A stretch of 64,000 nt of DNA from an uncultured Gemmatimonadales bacterium (GCA_963716255.1 OY970303.1:7360001-7424000); one strand, 5' to 3'. Shown: positions 8,894-19,612, counted from the stretch's first letter. The notes: a model not told the origin generated them from the sequence alone. Translations and numbers: made by a program.

Positions 8894-10471
8894 ATGCAAT
8901 CCCGAGCCATCAAGACACTCGCCGCGGCGGCGCTCCTCGCGGGTCTGGGCGCCTGCACGGACATCACCACCGAGCCCAAGAGCACCGTCACCGGCGCCAA
9001 CATCTTCAGCGACACCACGTCATACCGGGCGTTCGTCGCCAAGCTTTACGCCGGGCTGGCGGTGAGCGGGCAGCAGGGCCCCTCCGGCGCCGGCGACATC
9101 GAAGGGATCGACGAGGGCTTCTCCCAGTACCTGCGCCTCATCTGGCAGATGCAGGAGCTCCCCACCGACGAGGCGGCCATCGCCTGGCAGGACGCCGGCC
9201 TCCCCGAGCTGAACACCCAGCTGTGGTCGTCGTCCAACCCGTTCCTGGGGTCGATGTACTACCGCATCTTCTTCCAGGTGACGCTGGCCAACGAGTTCCT
9301 GCGCGAGACCACCGACGAGAAGCTGGCGTCGCGCGGCGCGAGCCCCACGCTGCGGGCCACCGTCCAGCAATTCCGCGCCGAGGCGAGGTTCCTCCGCGCC
9401 CTGAGCTACTGGCACGGCATCGACCTGTTCGGCAGCGTGCCGCTGGTGCGGGAAAGCGACCCGGTCAACTCGGCCCCGCCGCAGCAGGCCACCCGCAAGC
9501 AGCTGTTCGACTACGTGGTGCAGGAGCTGGTGGAGGTGCGCGAGGCGCTGCCGGCCGCCCCGCAGTACGGGCGCGCCGGGCGGTCCGCCGCCGACATGCT
9601 TCTCGCCAAGCTGTACCTCAACGCCCAGGTGTACACCGGCGAGAACCGCTACGCCGACGCCCGCGTAGCGGCGGAGCGCGTCATCGCCGCGCAGTACCGG
9701 CTGGACGACCGCTTCCAGGACATCTTCCTGGCGGACAACCACACCTCGCCCGAGATCATCTTCCCCATCACCCAGGACGGCCTGAACACCCGCACCTTCG
9801 GCGGGATGACGTTCGTGGCCCACGCCTCGGTGGGCGGCAACGTCATGAACGCGGCGGACTACGGGCTGAACGGCGGGTGGTGGGGGCTGCGCGTGCGGCC
9901 GCAGATGGTGGCGCTGTTCCCCGGGGCCGGCCCGTCCAGTCCGGACCGGCGCTCGGCGTTCTTCTTCACCGAGGGGCAGACGCTGCAGATGGCCAGCATC
10001 TCGGACTTCACCAACGGGTACGCCGCGCCCAAGTACCGGAACATCACCTCCGCGGGGCAGCCGGGCTCCAACTCCGAGTACGTGGACATCGACTTCCCCA
10101 TGTTCCGCCTGGCGGACGCGTACCTGATGTACGCCGAGGCCGTGCTGCGCGGCGGCGGCGGGAGCCGGGCGCAGGCGCTGTCCTACGTCAACGCGCTCCG
10201 GCAGCGGGCCTACGGCAACGCGAGCGGGAACGTCACGGACGCCCAGCTCACCCTGGACTTCATCCTGGCCGAGCGCGCCCGCGAGCTGATGTGGGAGGGG
10301 CACCGCCGCACCGACCTGATCCGCTTCGACCGGTTCTCCGACAACGGCACCTGGGCGTGGAAGGGCAACGTCTCGGCGGGGCGGACCACGGAAGCCTTCC
10401 GCGACCTGTATCCGCTGCCGGCGTCCGAGCTGACCGCCAATCCCAACCTGACCCAGAACACCGGGTACTGA
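8894..10471 (+). CDS. susD: SusD/RagB family glycan-binding lipoprotein
   Basis: Lipobox LGAC; EARFLRAL, LAKLYLNA, FRLADAYLMYAEA, ERARELMWEGHRRTDLIRF, NPNLTQNTGY. Confidence 0.95.
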   Translation: MQSRAIKTLAAAALLAGLGACTDITTEPKSTVTGANIFSDTTSYRAFVAKLYAGLAVSGQQGPSGAGDIEGIDEGFSQYLRLIWQMQELPTDEAAIAWQDAGLPELNTQLWSSSNPFLGSMYYRIFFQVTLANEFLRETTDEKLASRGASPTLRATVQQFRAEARFLRALSYWHGIDLFGSVPLVRESDPVNSAPPQQATRKQLFDYVVQELVEVREALPAAPQYGRAGRSAADMLLAKLYLNAQVYTGENRYADARVAAERVIAAQYRLDDRFQDIFLADNHTSPEIIFPITQDGLNTRTFGGMTFVAHASVGGNVMNAADYGLNGGWWGLRVRPQMVALFPGAGPSSPDRRSAFFFTEGQTLQMASISDFTNGYAAPKYRNITSAGQPGSNSEYVDIDFPMFRLADAYLMYAEAVLRGGGGSRAQALSYVNALRQRAYGNASGNVTDAQLTLDFILAERARELMWEGHRRTDLIRFDRFSDNGTWAWKGNVSAGRTTEAFRDLYPLPASELTANPNLTQNTGY

Positions 10472-10493
10472 TACGGCTTTTGACGGCAGGGTT

Positions 10494-10642
10494 GGGCGTG
10501 TCCCCGGCTGGCGCCGGGGTCGGGCTTCGGCTCCGCAGGGCTGCAAACAACGCAGCCCAACGGAGTCGAGCCCCGACGATACTGCTGTCGGGTCTCGCCC
10601 CTCCGGGCCGGAATCCCTCACGCGGGGCTCGCGCTGGCGTCC
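10494..10642 (-). repeat. Repeat family A, copy 2
   Basis: Reverse complement of the family A consensus; followed by modules B (10654-10703) and C (10740-10791). Confidence 0.9.
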
Positions 10643-10653
10643 GCTGGTGTGGT

Positions 10654-10791
10654 CCCCCTCACCCCCCGGCCCCCTCTCCCCCGCAAGCGGGGGAAAGGGG
10701 GAGCACGACAACGACACACCGAGGCGGAGGCTCAGGAAGCCCTCCCCCAGAATTGGGGGAGGGTGGCGGCTCTAAGGCCGCCGGGTGGGGG
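10654..10791. repeat. REP-like palindromic modules B and C
   Basis: B: CCCCCTCACCCCCCGGCCCCCTCTCCCCCGCAAGCGGGGGAAAGGGGGAG (also ~15710-15742, 30958-31007, 32875-32925, 37211-37254). C: CCTCCCCC-N-GGGGGAGGGTGGCG...CCGGGTGGGGG (also 37293-37345, 40397-40449). Confidence 0.8.
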
Positions 10792-10930
10792 CCGGCGGGG
10801 CGCTCCGCAGCCAGCGTTTAGGGGAAGTTCTTCCTGCAGCTCCGCCGCCGTCGCGGCGGGGCTGCAGGGCGTTCGGGGAGGGATGCGCGGCGGCGCGCGC
10901 CGCAACGACAGACACACGAGGAGAGCGTCG

Positions 10931-12976
10931 ATGCACCGAAGTCTGCGGTTCCTGGCCCGCGCGCTGGCGCTCGCGGCCGTGCTCGCCGCCGCCCCGGCGG
11001 CGGCGCAGGACACCCTGCGCGTGGCCTCGCCGGACGGGCGCAACGCGGTGGTGGTGGCGGTGCACGAGGGCGGGCTGTACTACGGCGTGCGGCGCGACGG
11101 CAGGAACGTGCTGCTTCCCTCGCGGCTGGGCTTCGCCTTCCGCGGCGCCGATTCGCTGTACTCCGGGCTGCGCGTCACGGGCGCCTCGCGCGCCTCGCGG
11201 GACCAGTCGTGGACGCAGCCGTGGGGGGAGGTGGCGCGGGTGCGCGACCAGCACAACGAGCTGCGCGTCCACGTGGCCGAGACGCGGGCGCCGGGGCGGC
11301 GCTTCGCGGTGGTGTTCCGCGCCTTCGACGACGGCGTGGGGTTCCGCTACGAAGTGGCGGACAGCGGCGGCTTCCGCGACTTCGAGATGATGGAGGAGCT
11401 GACCGAGTTCGCGCTCGCCGACAACGGCCGCGCCTGGTGGATCCCCGGCAACCAGCCCGAGCCGGACCGGCAGGAGATCCTGTACTCCTCGTCGCCCGTC
11501 AGCCGCGTGGACACGGCCCACACGCCGTTCACCGTGCAGACCACGGGCGGCACCCTGGTGGTCATCCACGAGGCCGACCTGGTGGACTACGCCGGGATGT
11601 ACCTGGCGCGCACCGCCAACCGGACGCTGCGGACCACGCTGGCGCGCTGGGCGGACGGGGTGGCCGTGCGCGGGCGGGCGCCCTTCGCCACGCCGTGGCG
11701 GACCATCCAGCTCGCCGACCGCCCGGAGGACCTGGTTCCTTCCGTGCTCGGGCTCAAGCTGAATCCGCCCAGCCGCATCGAGGACACGGGCTGGATCACG
11801 CCCATGAAGTACAACGGCGTGTGGTGGGGGATGCACATCAACACGGAAACCTGGGGGCAGGGGCCCAAGCACGGCGCCAGGACGGAGAACGTCAAGCGGT
11901 ACATGGACTTCGCGGCGGCGAACGGGCTGGGTGGCACGCTGGTGGAGGGGTGGAACACGGGGTGGGACGAGGACTGGTTCAACACCATGCGGGCCACCTT
12001 CTCCTTCACGCAGCCGTACCCGGACTTCGACCTCCCGGGGCTCGCCGCCTACGCCCGCGGCAAGGGGATGACCCTCATCGGCCACCATGAGACGGCGACC
12101 AAGATCGACAACTACGAGCGCCAGCTGGACTCGGCCATGGCGCTGTACCGCCGCGTGGGGGTGAGGGCCGTCAAGACCGGCTACGTGGGCGACCGCACCG
12201 AGCACGGCCACGCGCACCAGGGGCAGTTCATGGTGCGCCACCACCGGCGGGTGATCGAGACGGCGGCCAGGTACGGGATCATGGTCAACGTCCACGAGCC
12301 CATCAAGGACACCGGCGAGCGCCGCACCTGGCCCAACATGCTGTCGCGCGAGGGCGCGCGGGGAATGGAGTACAACGCGTGGGGCGGGGAGGGCGGCAAC
12401 CCGCCCGAGCACGAGACCATCCTGTTCTTCACGCGCATGCTCGCCGGGCCCATGGACTTCACCCCGGGGATCTTCGACCTGCTCGTCCAGCGCCCCACGG
12501 GAAGGCCCCGGACCCCAGAGGAGTCGCGCCCGCGCACCACGCTCGCCAAGCAGCTCGCCCTGTACGTGGTGCTGTACTCGCCGCTGCAGATGGCGGCGGA
12601 CCTGCCGGAGAACTACGCGGGGCAGCCGGCGTTCCAGTTCATCCGCGACGTGGCGGTGGACTGGGACACCACGCGGGTGCTGCACGGCCGCATCGGCGAC
12701 TACGTGGTGGTGGCGCGCCGCCAGCGCGGCGCCGACACCTGGTTCCTGGGCGCCATCACCGACGAGGAGGCCCGCAGCTTCGACGTGCCGCTGTCGTTCC
12801 TCCCGGCCGGCCGCCGCTACGTGGCCGAGGTCTACGCCGACGGGCCGGGCGCCCACTGGCGCGACGACCCGCTCCCCGTCGCCATCCGCCGGCAGGAGGT
12901 GACCGCGGCCACCACCCTGAAGATCGAGATGGCGCCGGGCGGCGGGCAGGCCGTCCGCATCCGCCCGGCGCCGTAG
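10931..12976 (+). CDS. susB: GH97 alpha-glucosidase (SusB-like)
   Basis: Signal peptide; VWWGMH, VEGWN, HHET, VKTGYV, HEPIKDTG, TRMLAGPMDFTPGIF, LQMAADLPENY. Confidence 0.92.
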   Translation: MHRSLRFLARALALAAVLAAAPAAAQDTLRVASPDGRNAVVVAVHEGGLYYGVRRDGRNVLLPSRLGFAFRGADSLYSGLRVTGASRASRDQSWTQPWGEVARVRDQHNELRVHVAETRAPGRRFAVVFRAFDDGVGFRYEVADSGGFRDFEMMEELTEFALADNGRAWWIPGNQPEPDRQEILYSSSPVSRVDTAHTPFTVQTTGGTLVVIHEADLVDYAGMYLARTANRTLRTTLARWADGVAVRGRAPFATPWRTIQLADRPEDLVPSVLGLKLNPPSRIEDTGWITPMKYNGVWWGMHINTETWGQGPKHGARTENVKRYMDFAAANGLGGTLVEGWNTGWDEDWFNTMRATFSFTQPYPDFDLPGLAAYARGKGMTLIGHHETATKIDNYERQLDSAMALYRRVGVRAVKTGYVGDRTEHGHAHQGQFMVRHHRRVIETAARYGIMVNVHEPIKDTGERRTWPNMLSREGARGMEYNAWGGEGGNPPEHETILFFTRMLAGPMDFTPGIFDLLVQRPTGRPRTPEESRPRTTLAKQLALYVVLYSPLQMAADLPENYAGQPAFQFIRDVAVDWDTTRVLHGRIGDYVVVARRQRGADTWFLGAITDEEARSFDVPLSFLPAGRRYVAEVYADGPGAHWRDDPLPVAIRRQEVTAATTLKIEMAPGGGQAVRIRPAP

Positions 12977-13031
12977 GCCGCGGACCGCCCGCCGAACGAA
13001 AGACTTGTCAACACTCCAGCGGATCACGACC

Positions 13032-14450
13032 ATGAGAACAGCACTCCTTGCCGCGGCCATGCCGCTGGCCCTCCTGGCCTGCCGGGCCGAGCCGGCGGCC
13101 CGCACCGCCGCGGCGGACACCGCGCTCGCGGCGGCCCCCGGCGCCCCGACGCCGGCCGACACCGCCTTCTACCCGGCGTGGTCGCGCGGCGCGGCGATCT
13201 ACGAGGTCAACGTGCGGCAGTTCACGCCGGAGGGGACCTTCGCGGCGCTGGAGCGGCATCTCCCGCGGCTGGACAGCCTGGGGGTGGACATCCTCTGGCT
13301 GATGCCGGTGCAGCCCATCGGCGTCAAGAACCGCAAGGGCGGGCTGGGGAGCTACTACTCCATCCGCGACTACACCGCCGTCAACCCCGAGTACGGCAGC
13401 GAGGCCGATTTCCGGCACTTCGTGGACGCCGCGCACCGGCAGGGGATGCGGGTGATCCTGGACTGGGTGGCGAACCACACCTCGCACGACCACGCGTGGA
13501 CCGTGGAGCACAAGGACTGGTACACGCTGCGCCCGGACGGCTCCATCTCCAACCCGCTGGACCAGCAGGGAAAGGAGACCGACTGGACCGACGTGGCCGA
13601 GCTGAACTACGGCAGCGCCGACATGCGCCGCGCCATGCTCGCCGAGATGCGCTGGTGGGTGGACAGCATGAAGGTGGACGGCTTCCGCGCCGACGTCGCC
13701 TGGGGGGTGCCGTACGACTTCTGGGCCGAGATGCGCCGCGAGATGACCGCGGCGCGCCCCGACCTGTTCCTGCTGGCGGAGGCGGAGGACCCCCGGCTGC
13801 ACGAGTCCTTCCACGCGACCTACGCCTGGGAGCTGCACCACCTCCTCAACGAGATCGCGAAGGGGACGAAGGGGACCGGCGAGCTGGACCGCTACTTCGC
13901 CAGGGAGGACAGCGCGTACCCGCCCGGCGCGTACCGCATGTCCTTCACCAGCAACCACGACGAGAACAGCTGGCAGGGGACGGAGTTCGAGCGGATGGGC
14001 GCGAACCACGCCCCCGCATTCGTGCTGAGCGCCACGCTGGACAACTCCATCCCGCTCGTCTACACGGGCCAGGAGGCCAGCCTGAACAGGCGGCTGCGCT
14101 TCTTCGACAAGGACACGGTGAGCTGGAGCGGCCCGTCGCTGGCGCCCTTCTACACGGCGATGCTCGACCTCAAGGAGCGGCAGCCGGCGCTGGCGAACGG
14201 GCCGTGGGGAGGCGACCAGGCCGTGCTCCGCACGGACGGCGGGGACCGCGTCTACGCCTTCACCCGCACCCGGGGGGCGAACACGGTGCTGGTCGCCGTA
14301 AACTTCGGCGACGCCCCGGCGCGCGTGGCCTACCGGGGGCTGGCGCGGCCGGGCGCGTTCACGGACTGGTTCAGCCGGGCGCCGGTCCAGCTCGCCGCGG
14401 AGGGGAGCCTGGAGATCCCGGCGCACGGATACCGGGTGATGGTGCGGTAG
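13032..14450 (+). CDS. GH13 alpha-amylase family lipoprotein
   Basis: Lipobox LLAC; YEVNVRQFT, DWVANH, DGFRADVA, AEAE, NHDE. Confidence 0.92.
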   Translation: MRTALLAAAMPLALLACRAEPAARTAAADTALAAAPGAPTPADTAFYPAWSRGAAIYEVNVRQFTPEGTFAALERHLPRLDSLGVDILWLMPVQPIGVKNRKGGLGSYYSIRDYTAVNPEYGSEADFRHFVDAAHRQGMRVILDWVANHTSHDHAWTVEHKDWYTLRPDGSISNPLDQQGKETDWTDVAELNYGSADMRRAMLAEMRWWVDSMKVDGFRADVAWGVPYDFWAEMRREMTAARPDLFLLAEAEDPRLHESFHATYAWELHHLLNEIAKGTKGTGELDRYFAREDSAYPPGAYRMSFTSNHDENSWQGTEFERMGANHAPAFVLSATLDNSIPLVYTGQEASLNRRLRFFDKDTVSWSGPSLAPFYTAMLDLKERQPALANGPWGGDQAVLRTDGGDRVYAFTRTRGANTVLVAVNFGDAPARVAYRGLARPGAFTDWFSRAPVQLAAEGSLEIPAHGYRVMVR

Positions 14451-14613
14451 CCGGCCCGGGGGAACCCGGTCCCGCCGGCTCCGCGTGCCGGGCCGGAGCG
14501 ATCCGCTCCGGCCGCCGGGTCCCGCGGATGGGAAATCGGGGGGCGGTGGTCGTCCAATCCATGACGGCCGCCGCCGCCCGGGCGGGACCACACGTTCAAC
14601 CGGTGGAGGTCTT

Positions 14614-15639
14614 ATGTCCCAGAGAGAGGAGCTGTACCGCGAAGCGCTCGCCAGGATCCAGGAGGAGGCGAGGGCGGCCCTTTCCGGCGGAGGCGACCCG
14701 TACGACGGGGGCGACGGCACCGGCGGGGAGGATGGCTGGGACGACTCGGGCCACGACCACTACGAGGAGGACTACCCCATCCACGTCTGCACGCCCAAGT
14801 CGGTCCCCAAGCACCTGCTGGTGGAAGCGGCCATGAAGGCGGTGGAGATCAACCCGGTGAACGCGCCGCTGATGGGGCCCGTGGACGCCGTGGCGAGGAA
14901 CTTCTTTTCCGACCCGCTGCGGATCGCCGTGGTCACCGCCAAGTACTGGGGGCCGCAACCCCGCCGCCTCACGGTGAGCTTCATGGAGTCCACCCCGGCC
15001 GACCTGCGCGCCCGCATCCTGGAGCACATGAACGCGTGGTCCCGGCGCGGCGGCGTGCGCTTCGTGGAGACGCGGGAGGCGGGGCAGGTGCGCATCTCCC
15101 GCGAGGGCGAGGGCTACTGGTCGTACCTGGGGACGGACATCCTGCTGCGCCCCCGCCACCTCCCCACCATGAACCTGCAGGGCTTCACCATGCGCACGCC
15201 GGAAAGCGAGTACCGGCGCGTGGTGCGGCATGAGGCGGGGCACACGCTGGGCTTCCCGCACGAGCACATGCGCCGCGACCTGGTGGCGCGGATCGACAGG
15301 GCGAAGGCGTACGCGTACTTCGCGCGCACCCAGGGATGGAGCCGCCAGATGGTGGACGCCCAGGTGCTCACGCCGCTGGACGAGCGGACCATCATGTCCA
15401 CGCCCGCCGACCAGACCTCCATCATGTGCTACCAGCTCCCCGGCAGCATCACCCGCGACGGGCGGCCCATCGTGGGCGGGCTGGACGTCAACGAGACGGA
15501 CCACGCCTTCGTGGCGCGCATCTACCCGCAGCCCAGCCCGGGGCGCGTGCAGCTCTTCGCGGAGGACGGCGGCACCCGGGACGCGGCCCCCGCCGCCCCC
15601 CCCGCGGACGAGTGGGACCAGGCGTTCCAGCTCGCCTGA
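14614..15639 (+). CDS. Astacin-like (M12A) zinc metallopeptidase without signal peptide
   Basis: HEAGHTLGFPHEH, GYWSYLGT, Met-turn SIMCY; RBS GGAGG. Confidence 0.85.
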   Translation: MSQREELYREALARIQEEARAALSGGGDPYDGGDGTGGEDGWDDSGHDHYEEDYPIHVCTPKSVPKHLLVEAAMKAVEINPVNAPLMGPVDAVARNFFSDPLRIAVVTAKYWGPQPRRLTVSFMESTPADLRARILEHMNAWSRRGGVRFVETREAGQVRISREGEGYWSYLGTDILLRPRHLPTMNLQGFTMRTPESEYRRVVRHEAGHTLGFPHEHMRRDLVARIDRAKAYAYFARTQGWSRQMVDAQVLTPLDERTIMSTPADQTSIMCYQLPGSITRDGRPIVGGLDVNETDHAFVARIYPQPSPGRVQLFAEDGGTRDAAPAAPPADEWDQAFQLA

Positions 15640-15753
15640 CCCGGAAGCCGCGCGAAACCGGCTCTTCGCGCCATCCGCGAGGCGCCGAAGGCGAAAATGC
15701 CGTGCAGTTCTCCCCCTTTCCCCCGCTTGCGGGGGAAGGGGGCCCACTCCAGT

Positions 15754-15901
15754 GGACGCCAGCGCGATGCCCGCGTGAGGGATTCCGGCCCGAAGGGGCG
15801 AGACCGCGCGGCTGTTTGCGCGGGCTCGACTCCGTTAGCCCGCGTTGTTTGCGGGCTTACGGAGCCGAAGCCCGACCCCGGCGCCAGCCGGGGGCACGCC
15901 C
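15754..15901 (+). repeat. Repeat family A, copy 3
   Basis: Matches the family A consensus. Confidence 0.9.
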
Positions 15902-15963
15902 AAACCGTGATTTTCCGACCCGATACAACCGGACCTGGATACGATCCGCCCCGGAGCGCGCCC

Positions 15964-17934
15964 ATGACCGAGCCGCCCGTCTCGCGACGCCTGCGCATCC
16001 TGGCGTTCGACCCGAGCCTGGCCACCCGCCTGGACACGGCCACGATCAACGAGATCACCGTGCAGGTGCCCTGGGAGGATGACCTGCTCCCGGGCCCGGT
16101 GGGGGAGTACGTGGAGGTGGTCGACTGCGACCCGGCGAGCGGCGTGGTCTACCCGCCGGTGGACCTGGACGACCGGTACGTGCTCGCGCAGGACGGCCTG
16201 CCCCCGTCCGAGTCGGACCCCCGCTTCCACCAGCAGATGGTGTACGCGGTGGCGATGACCACCATCCGCCACTTCGAGCGCGCGCTGGGGCGCGTCGCCC
16301 TGTGGGCCGACCACCGCTTCCGGACGGACCGCGGCGAGCTCCGCACGCAGTTCGTCCGGCGGCTGCGCATCTACCCGCACGCGGTGCGCGACCGCAACGC
16401 GTACTACAGCCCCGCCAGGAAGGCGCTGCTCTTCGGGTACTTTCCCGTGGACGCGGGGGACGAACACGAGGCGCCGGGCACGCTGGTGTTCACCTGCCTG
16501 TCCCACGACGTGGTGGCGCACGAGGTGACGCACGCGCTGCTGGACGGGGTCCACCCGCGCTTCAACGAGCCCAGCAACCCCCACGTGCACGCCTTCCACG
16601 AGGCGTTCGCGGACATCGTGGCGCTGTTCCAGCACTTTTCCTACTTGGCGGTGCTGGAAAGCCAGATCCGCAGGACGCGGGGCGACCTGCACACGGAAAG
16701 CCTGCTGGCCCAGCTGGCGCACCAGTTCGGGCGGGCCACCGGGCGCGGCTCGGCGCTCCGCGACGCGCTCGGCGAGACGGACCCGGACACCGGCGCGTGG
16801 AAGCCGCGGCGCCCCGATCCCCGCGCGCTGCGCGCGGCGAGCGGGCCGCACGCGCGCGGCTCGGTGCTGGTGGCGGCGGTGTTCCGCGCCTTCCTCCTCA
16901 TCTACCGCGCGCGCACTGCGGACCTGTTCCGCATCGCGTCGCAGGGCACGGGCACGCTGCCGGCGGGCGACATCCACCCCGACCTGGCGCAGCGGCTGGC
17001 CGCGGAGGCGGCCCGGTGCGCCGAGCGGGTGCTGCAGATGTGCATCCGCGCCATCGACTACTGCCCGCCCGTGGACATCACCTTCGGCGACTTCCTGCGG
17101 GGCGTGATCACGGCGGACCTGGACTACGCTCCCGAGGACCCGGCCGGCTTCCGCATCGTGTTCATCGAGAGCTTCCGGGAGTGGGGGATCCATCCGCGCG
17201 GGGTGACCAGCCTGGGGATCGACGCCCTGGCGTGGCCCCGCGGCGACGATCTGCTGCAGGACCACGGCGGCGGGGTCCCCGCCGGGCTCGCCGGGGTCGA
17301 CGTCCGGCGGAACCTCAGGGAGTTCGCGGCCTCGGCCATGGGCGCCTGGGACCTGGAGAGCAGCCGCTACGAGGTGTGGAAGCGGCTCGCCCCCGCCCGC
17401 GCGAGGCTCCGGGAGTGGCTGCACGACGGCGACGGAATGGGCCGCCACTACGCCAGGCTCTTCGGCCTGGTGGTGGATCCTGCCGCCCCGCCCACCGTGG
17501 CCCGCGACCGGTGGGGGGAGCCGGCGGTGGAGGTGCACGCGGTCCGCCCCGCGCTGCGGCGCACGCTGGGCGGGGGCGCGCGGACCGACCTGGTGATCGA
17601 GGTGACGCAGCGCCGCTTCGGCTACTTCGAGCGGGAGGTGCAGGCGGGCGTGGACCGCGGCGAGCGCTCGCCGGACGACTGGCCGCACGACTTCGTCTTC
17701 CGCGCGGGGTGCACCGTCCTCGTGGACCCGGTGACGGCGGAGGTGCGGCGCGTGATCCGCACCGCCGCCCCGGTGGACGACGACGACGAACTGGAGCGGG
17801 TGCGGCGGTTCCACGCCGGCGAGGCGGGCGCCGCCGGCAACGCGTTCGACGCGGGGCTCCCGGGAAGCCTGGGGCGGCTGGGCGTCACCCGGCGCGACGA
17901 GCCCTTCGCCATGCTTCACCGGATGGAGGCGTGA
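15964..17934 (+). CDS. M4/thermolysin-like gluzincin metallopeptidase without signal peptide
   Basis: NAYYS, DVVAHEVTHALLD, third ligand in AFHEAFAD, PHARG. Confidence 0.8.
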   Translation: MTEPPVSRRLRILAFDPSLATRLDTATINEITVQVPWEDDLLPGPVGEYVEVVDCDPASGVVYPPVDLDDRYVLAQDGLPPSESDPRFHQQMVYAVAMTTIRHFERALGRVALWADHRFRTDRGELRTQFVRRLRIYPHAVRDRNAYYSPARKALLFGYFPVDAGDEHEAPGTLVFTCLSHDVVAHEVTHALLDGVHPRFNEPSNPHVHAFHEAFADIVALFQHFSYLAVLESQIRRTRGDLHTESLLAQLAHQFGRATGRGSALRDALGETDPDTGAWKPRRPDPRALRAASGPHARGSVLVAAVFRAFLLIYRARTADLFRIASQGTGTLPAGDIHPDLAQRLAAEAARCAERVLQMCIRAIDYCPPVDITFGDFLRGVITADLDYAPEDPAGFRIVFIESFREWGIHPRGVTSLGIDALAWPRGDDLLQDHGGGVPAGLAGVDVRRNLREFAASAMGAWDLESSRYEVWKRLAPARARLREWLHDGDGMGRHYARLFGLVVDPAAPPTVARDRWGEPAVEVHAVRPALRRTLGGGARTDLVIEVTQRRFGYFEREVQAGVDRGERSPDDWPHDFVFRAGCTVLVDPVTAEVRRVIRTAAPVDDDDELERVRRFHAGEAGAAGNAFDAGLPGSLGRLGVTRRDEPFAMLHRMEA

Positions 17935-17936
17935 CG

Positions 17937-19451
17937 ATGCCCAGGCTCAGGCCGCCCGGGGACGGCGCGACCGTCCGCATGTACCGGCAGGGCCACGGCG
18001 ACTGCTTCCTCCTCGCGCTGCCGCGCGACGGCGGCGGCGAGGCCGTGTACGTGCTCGTGGACTGCGGGTACAAGCCGGGCTCCCCGGCTTACCTGGGCGG
18101 CCGGACCATCGACGACGTGGTGAAGCACGTGGGCGAGGCCACCGGCTGGCACCTGGACCTGGTGGTGGTCACCCACGGGCACCAGGACCACGTCAACGGC
18201 TTCTGGAGGGAGACGTCGAACCCCTTCGCGCGGTTCCGGGTCGACGAGGCGTGGATGGCGTGGACCGAGGACCCCGCCGACGCGCTGGCGAACGAGCTGC
18301 GCGGGCGCCGCCGCGACCTCCTGCTGGGGCTGCTCGCCGCGCGGCGCAGGCTCGCCGCCGCGGCGGGCGACCAGGACCCCGTCCTGCACCGCGTGGATGG
18401 CCTGCTGGCGACGGAGCTCGGCGGGGACGGGGAGTCGCCGGAGGAGGCGGAGCGCTTCGCCGCCGGCGGCCCGGCTCGCTCCGTCAACGAGCGGGCGATG
18501 CAGCGGGTCCGGGACAAGGCGCGCGCCGGCAGGGGGGTGCGATACCTGGTCCCCGGGGAGGGTCCGCGCGCAGTCCCCGGCTCCGCGGGGGTGCGCGCCT
18601 ACGTGCTCGGCCCCCCGCGCGACGAGGCGCTGCTGCGCGACGAGGCCCCGGCGGGCGACGAGGCGTTCCCGACGGGGAGCCACGCGCGGGGGCTTTCCTT
18701 CCGCGCGGCCGTGGCCGGGGCGGGGAAGGGCGCCGCGCCCTTCAGCAGCCGACACTGCGTCCCCATGGAGCGGGCGCTGGACGAACCGGGGTCCTTTCTC
18801 GTCCGGCACTACGGGCGCGAGGGCGACGGCGTGGACGACCGGGACCACGTGGAGGTGCCGCCCGACGCGCCCTGGCGCCGCATCGACGACGAGTGGCTCC
18901 GCTCCGCCGAGGGGATGGCGCTCGCGCTGAACACCGGCGTCAACAACACCAGCCTGGTGCTCGCCTTCGAGCTGCCCCGGACCCGCAAGGTGCTGCTCTT
19001 CGTGGGCGACGCGCAGCGAAAAAGCTGGGTCTCGTGGCCGCGCTGCGAGTGGAAGGAGAACGGCGCCACGGTGACCGCGCGCGACCTCCTGGGACGCACG
19101 GTGCTGTACAAGGTGGGGCACCACGGCAGCCACGACGCCACCCTGGACGGCCGCGCCGACGATCCGCACCCCAACCTGGCGTGGATGGCCCGGGGCGAGT
19201 ACGCGGGCGAGTTCACGGCGATGATCACCGCCGTCGGCCAGTGGGCCGTGAACGACAACGACCCGCCGTGGCACCACCCGCTCCCGTCCATCCGCAGGGC
19301 GCTCCTCGAAAAGGCGCAGGGCCGGGTGTTCCAGACGGACGTGGCCCGCCCCGGGAAGCCGGCCGGCGTGCCCGACGAAGCCTGGGAAGCCTTCATGGCC
19401 CGCGCGGACTTCCAGGAGCTGTACTTCGACTGTACGATCCACGACCGGTGA
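17937..19451 (+). CDS. Metallo-beta-lactamase-fold hydrolase (ComEC/Rec2-like)
   Basis: QGHGDCFLL, VDCG, THGHQDH, NNTSLVL, FVGDA, YKVGHHGS; an in-frame GTG at 17931 overlaps the protease stop. Confidence 0.85.
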   Translation: MPRLRPPGDGATVRMYRQGHGDCFLLALPRDGGGEAVYVLVDCGYKPGSPAYLGGRTIDDVVKHVGEATGWHLDLVVVTHGHQDHVNGFWRETSNPFARFRVDEAWMAWTEDPADALANELRGRRRDLLLGLLAARRRLAAAAGDQDPVLHRVDGLLATELGGDGESPEEAERFAAGGPARSVNERAMQRVRDKARAGRGVRYLVPGEGPRAVPGSAGVRAYVLGPPRDEALLRDEAPAGDEAFPTGSHARGLSFRAAVAGAGKGAAPFSSRHCVPMERALDEPGSFLVRHYGREGDGVDDRDHVEVPPDAPWRRIDDEWLRSAEGMALALNTGVNNTSLVLAFELPRTRKVLLFVGDAQRKSWVSWPRCEWKENGATVTARDLLGRTVLYKVGHHGSHDATLDGRADDPHPNLAWMARGEYAGEFTAMITAVGQWAVNDNDPPWHHPLPSIRRALLEKAQGRVFQTDVARPGKPAGVPDEAWEAFMARADFQELYFDCTIHDR

Positions 19452-19612
19452 GAGCGGATCCGGTTGAAACGGCCTGGTTCGGGCGTGCCCGGCCTCGATC
19501 CCGGGGCGCGCTTGCGGGCGCGGACGTTTCCGCGCACGATTACCGCGTGTCGGCACGCCGAGCCGCGCCCTCCGGCGCCCGGTGCTCCGCCGCCCCCCCG
19601 CCTCCCGGTCAG

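Noticed and set aside
7019..10471. Apparent 1000+ aa fusion ORFs (7019-10471, 16302-19451, 26732-30109, 34504-37008, 47966-50038)
   Set aside because: The upstream parts are off-frame overlaps with the preceding gene; real starts are internal, supported by RBS or stop/start overlap. No frameshift or fusion is needed
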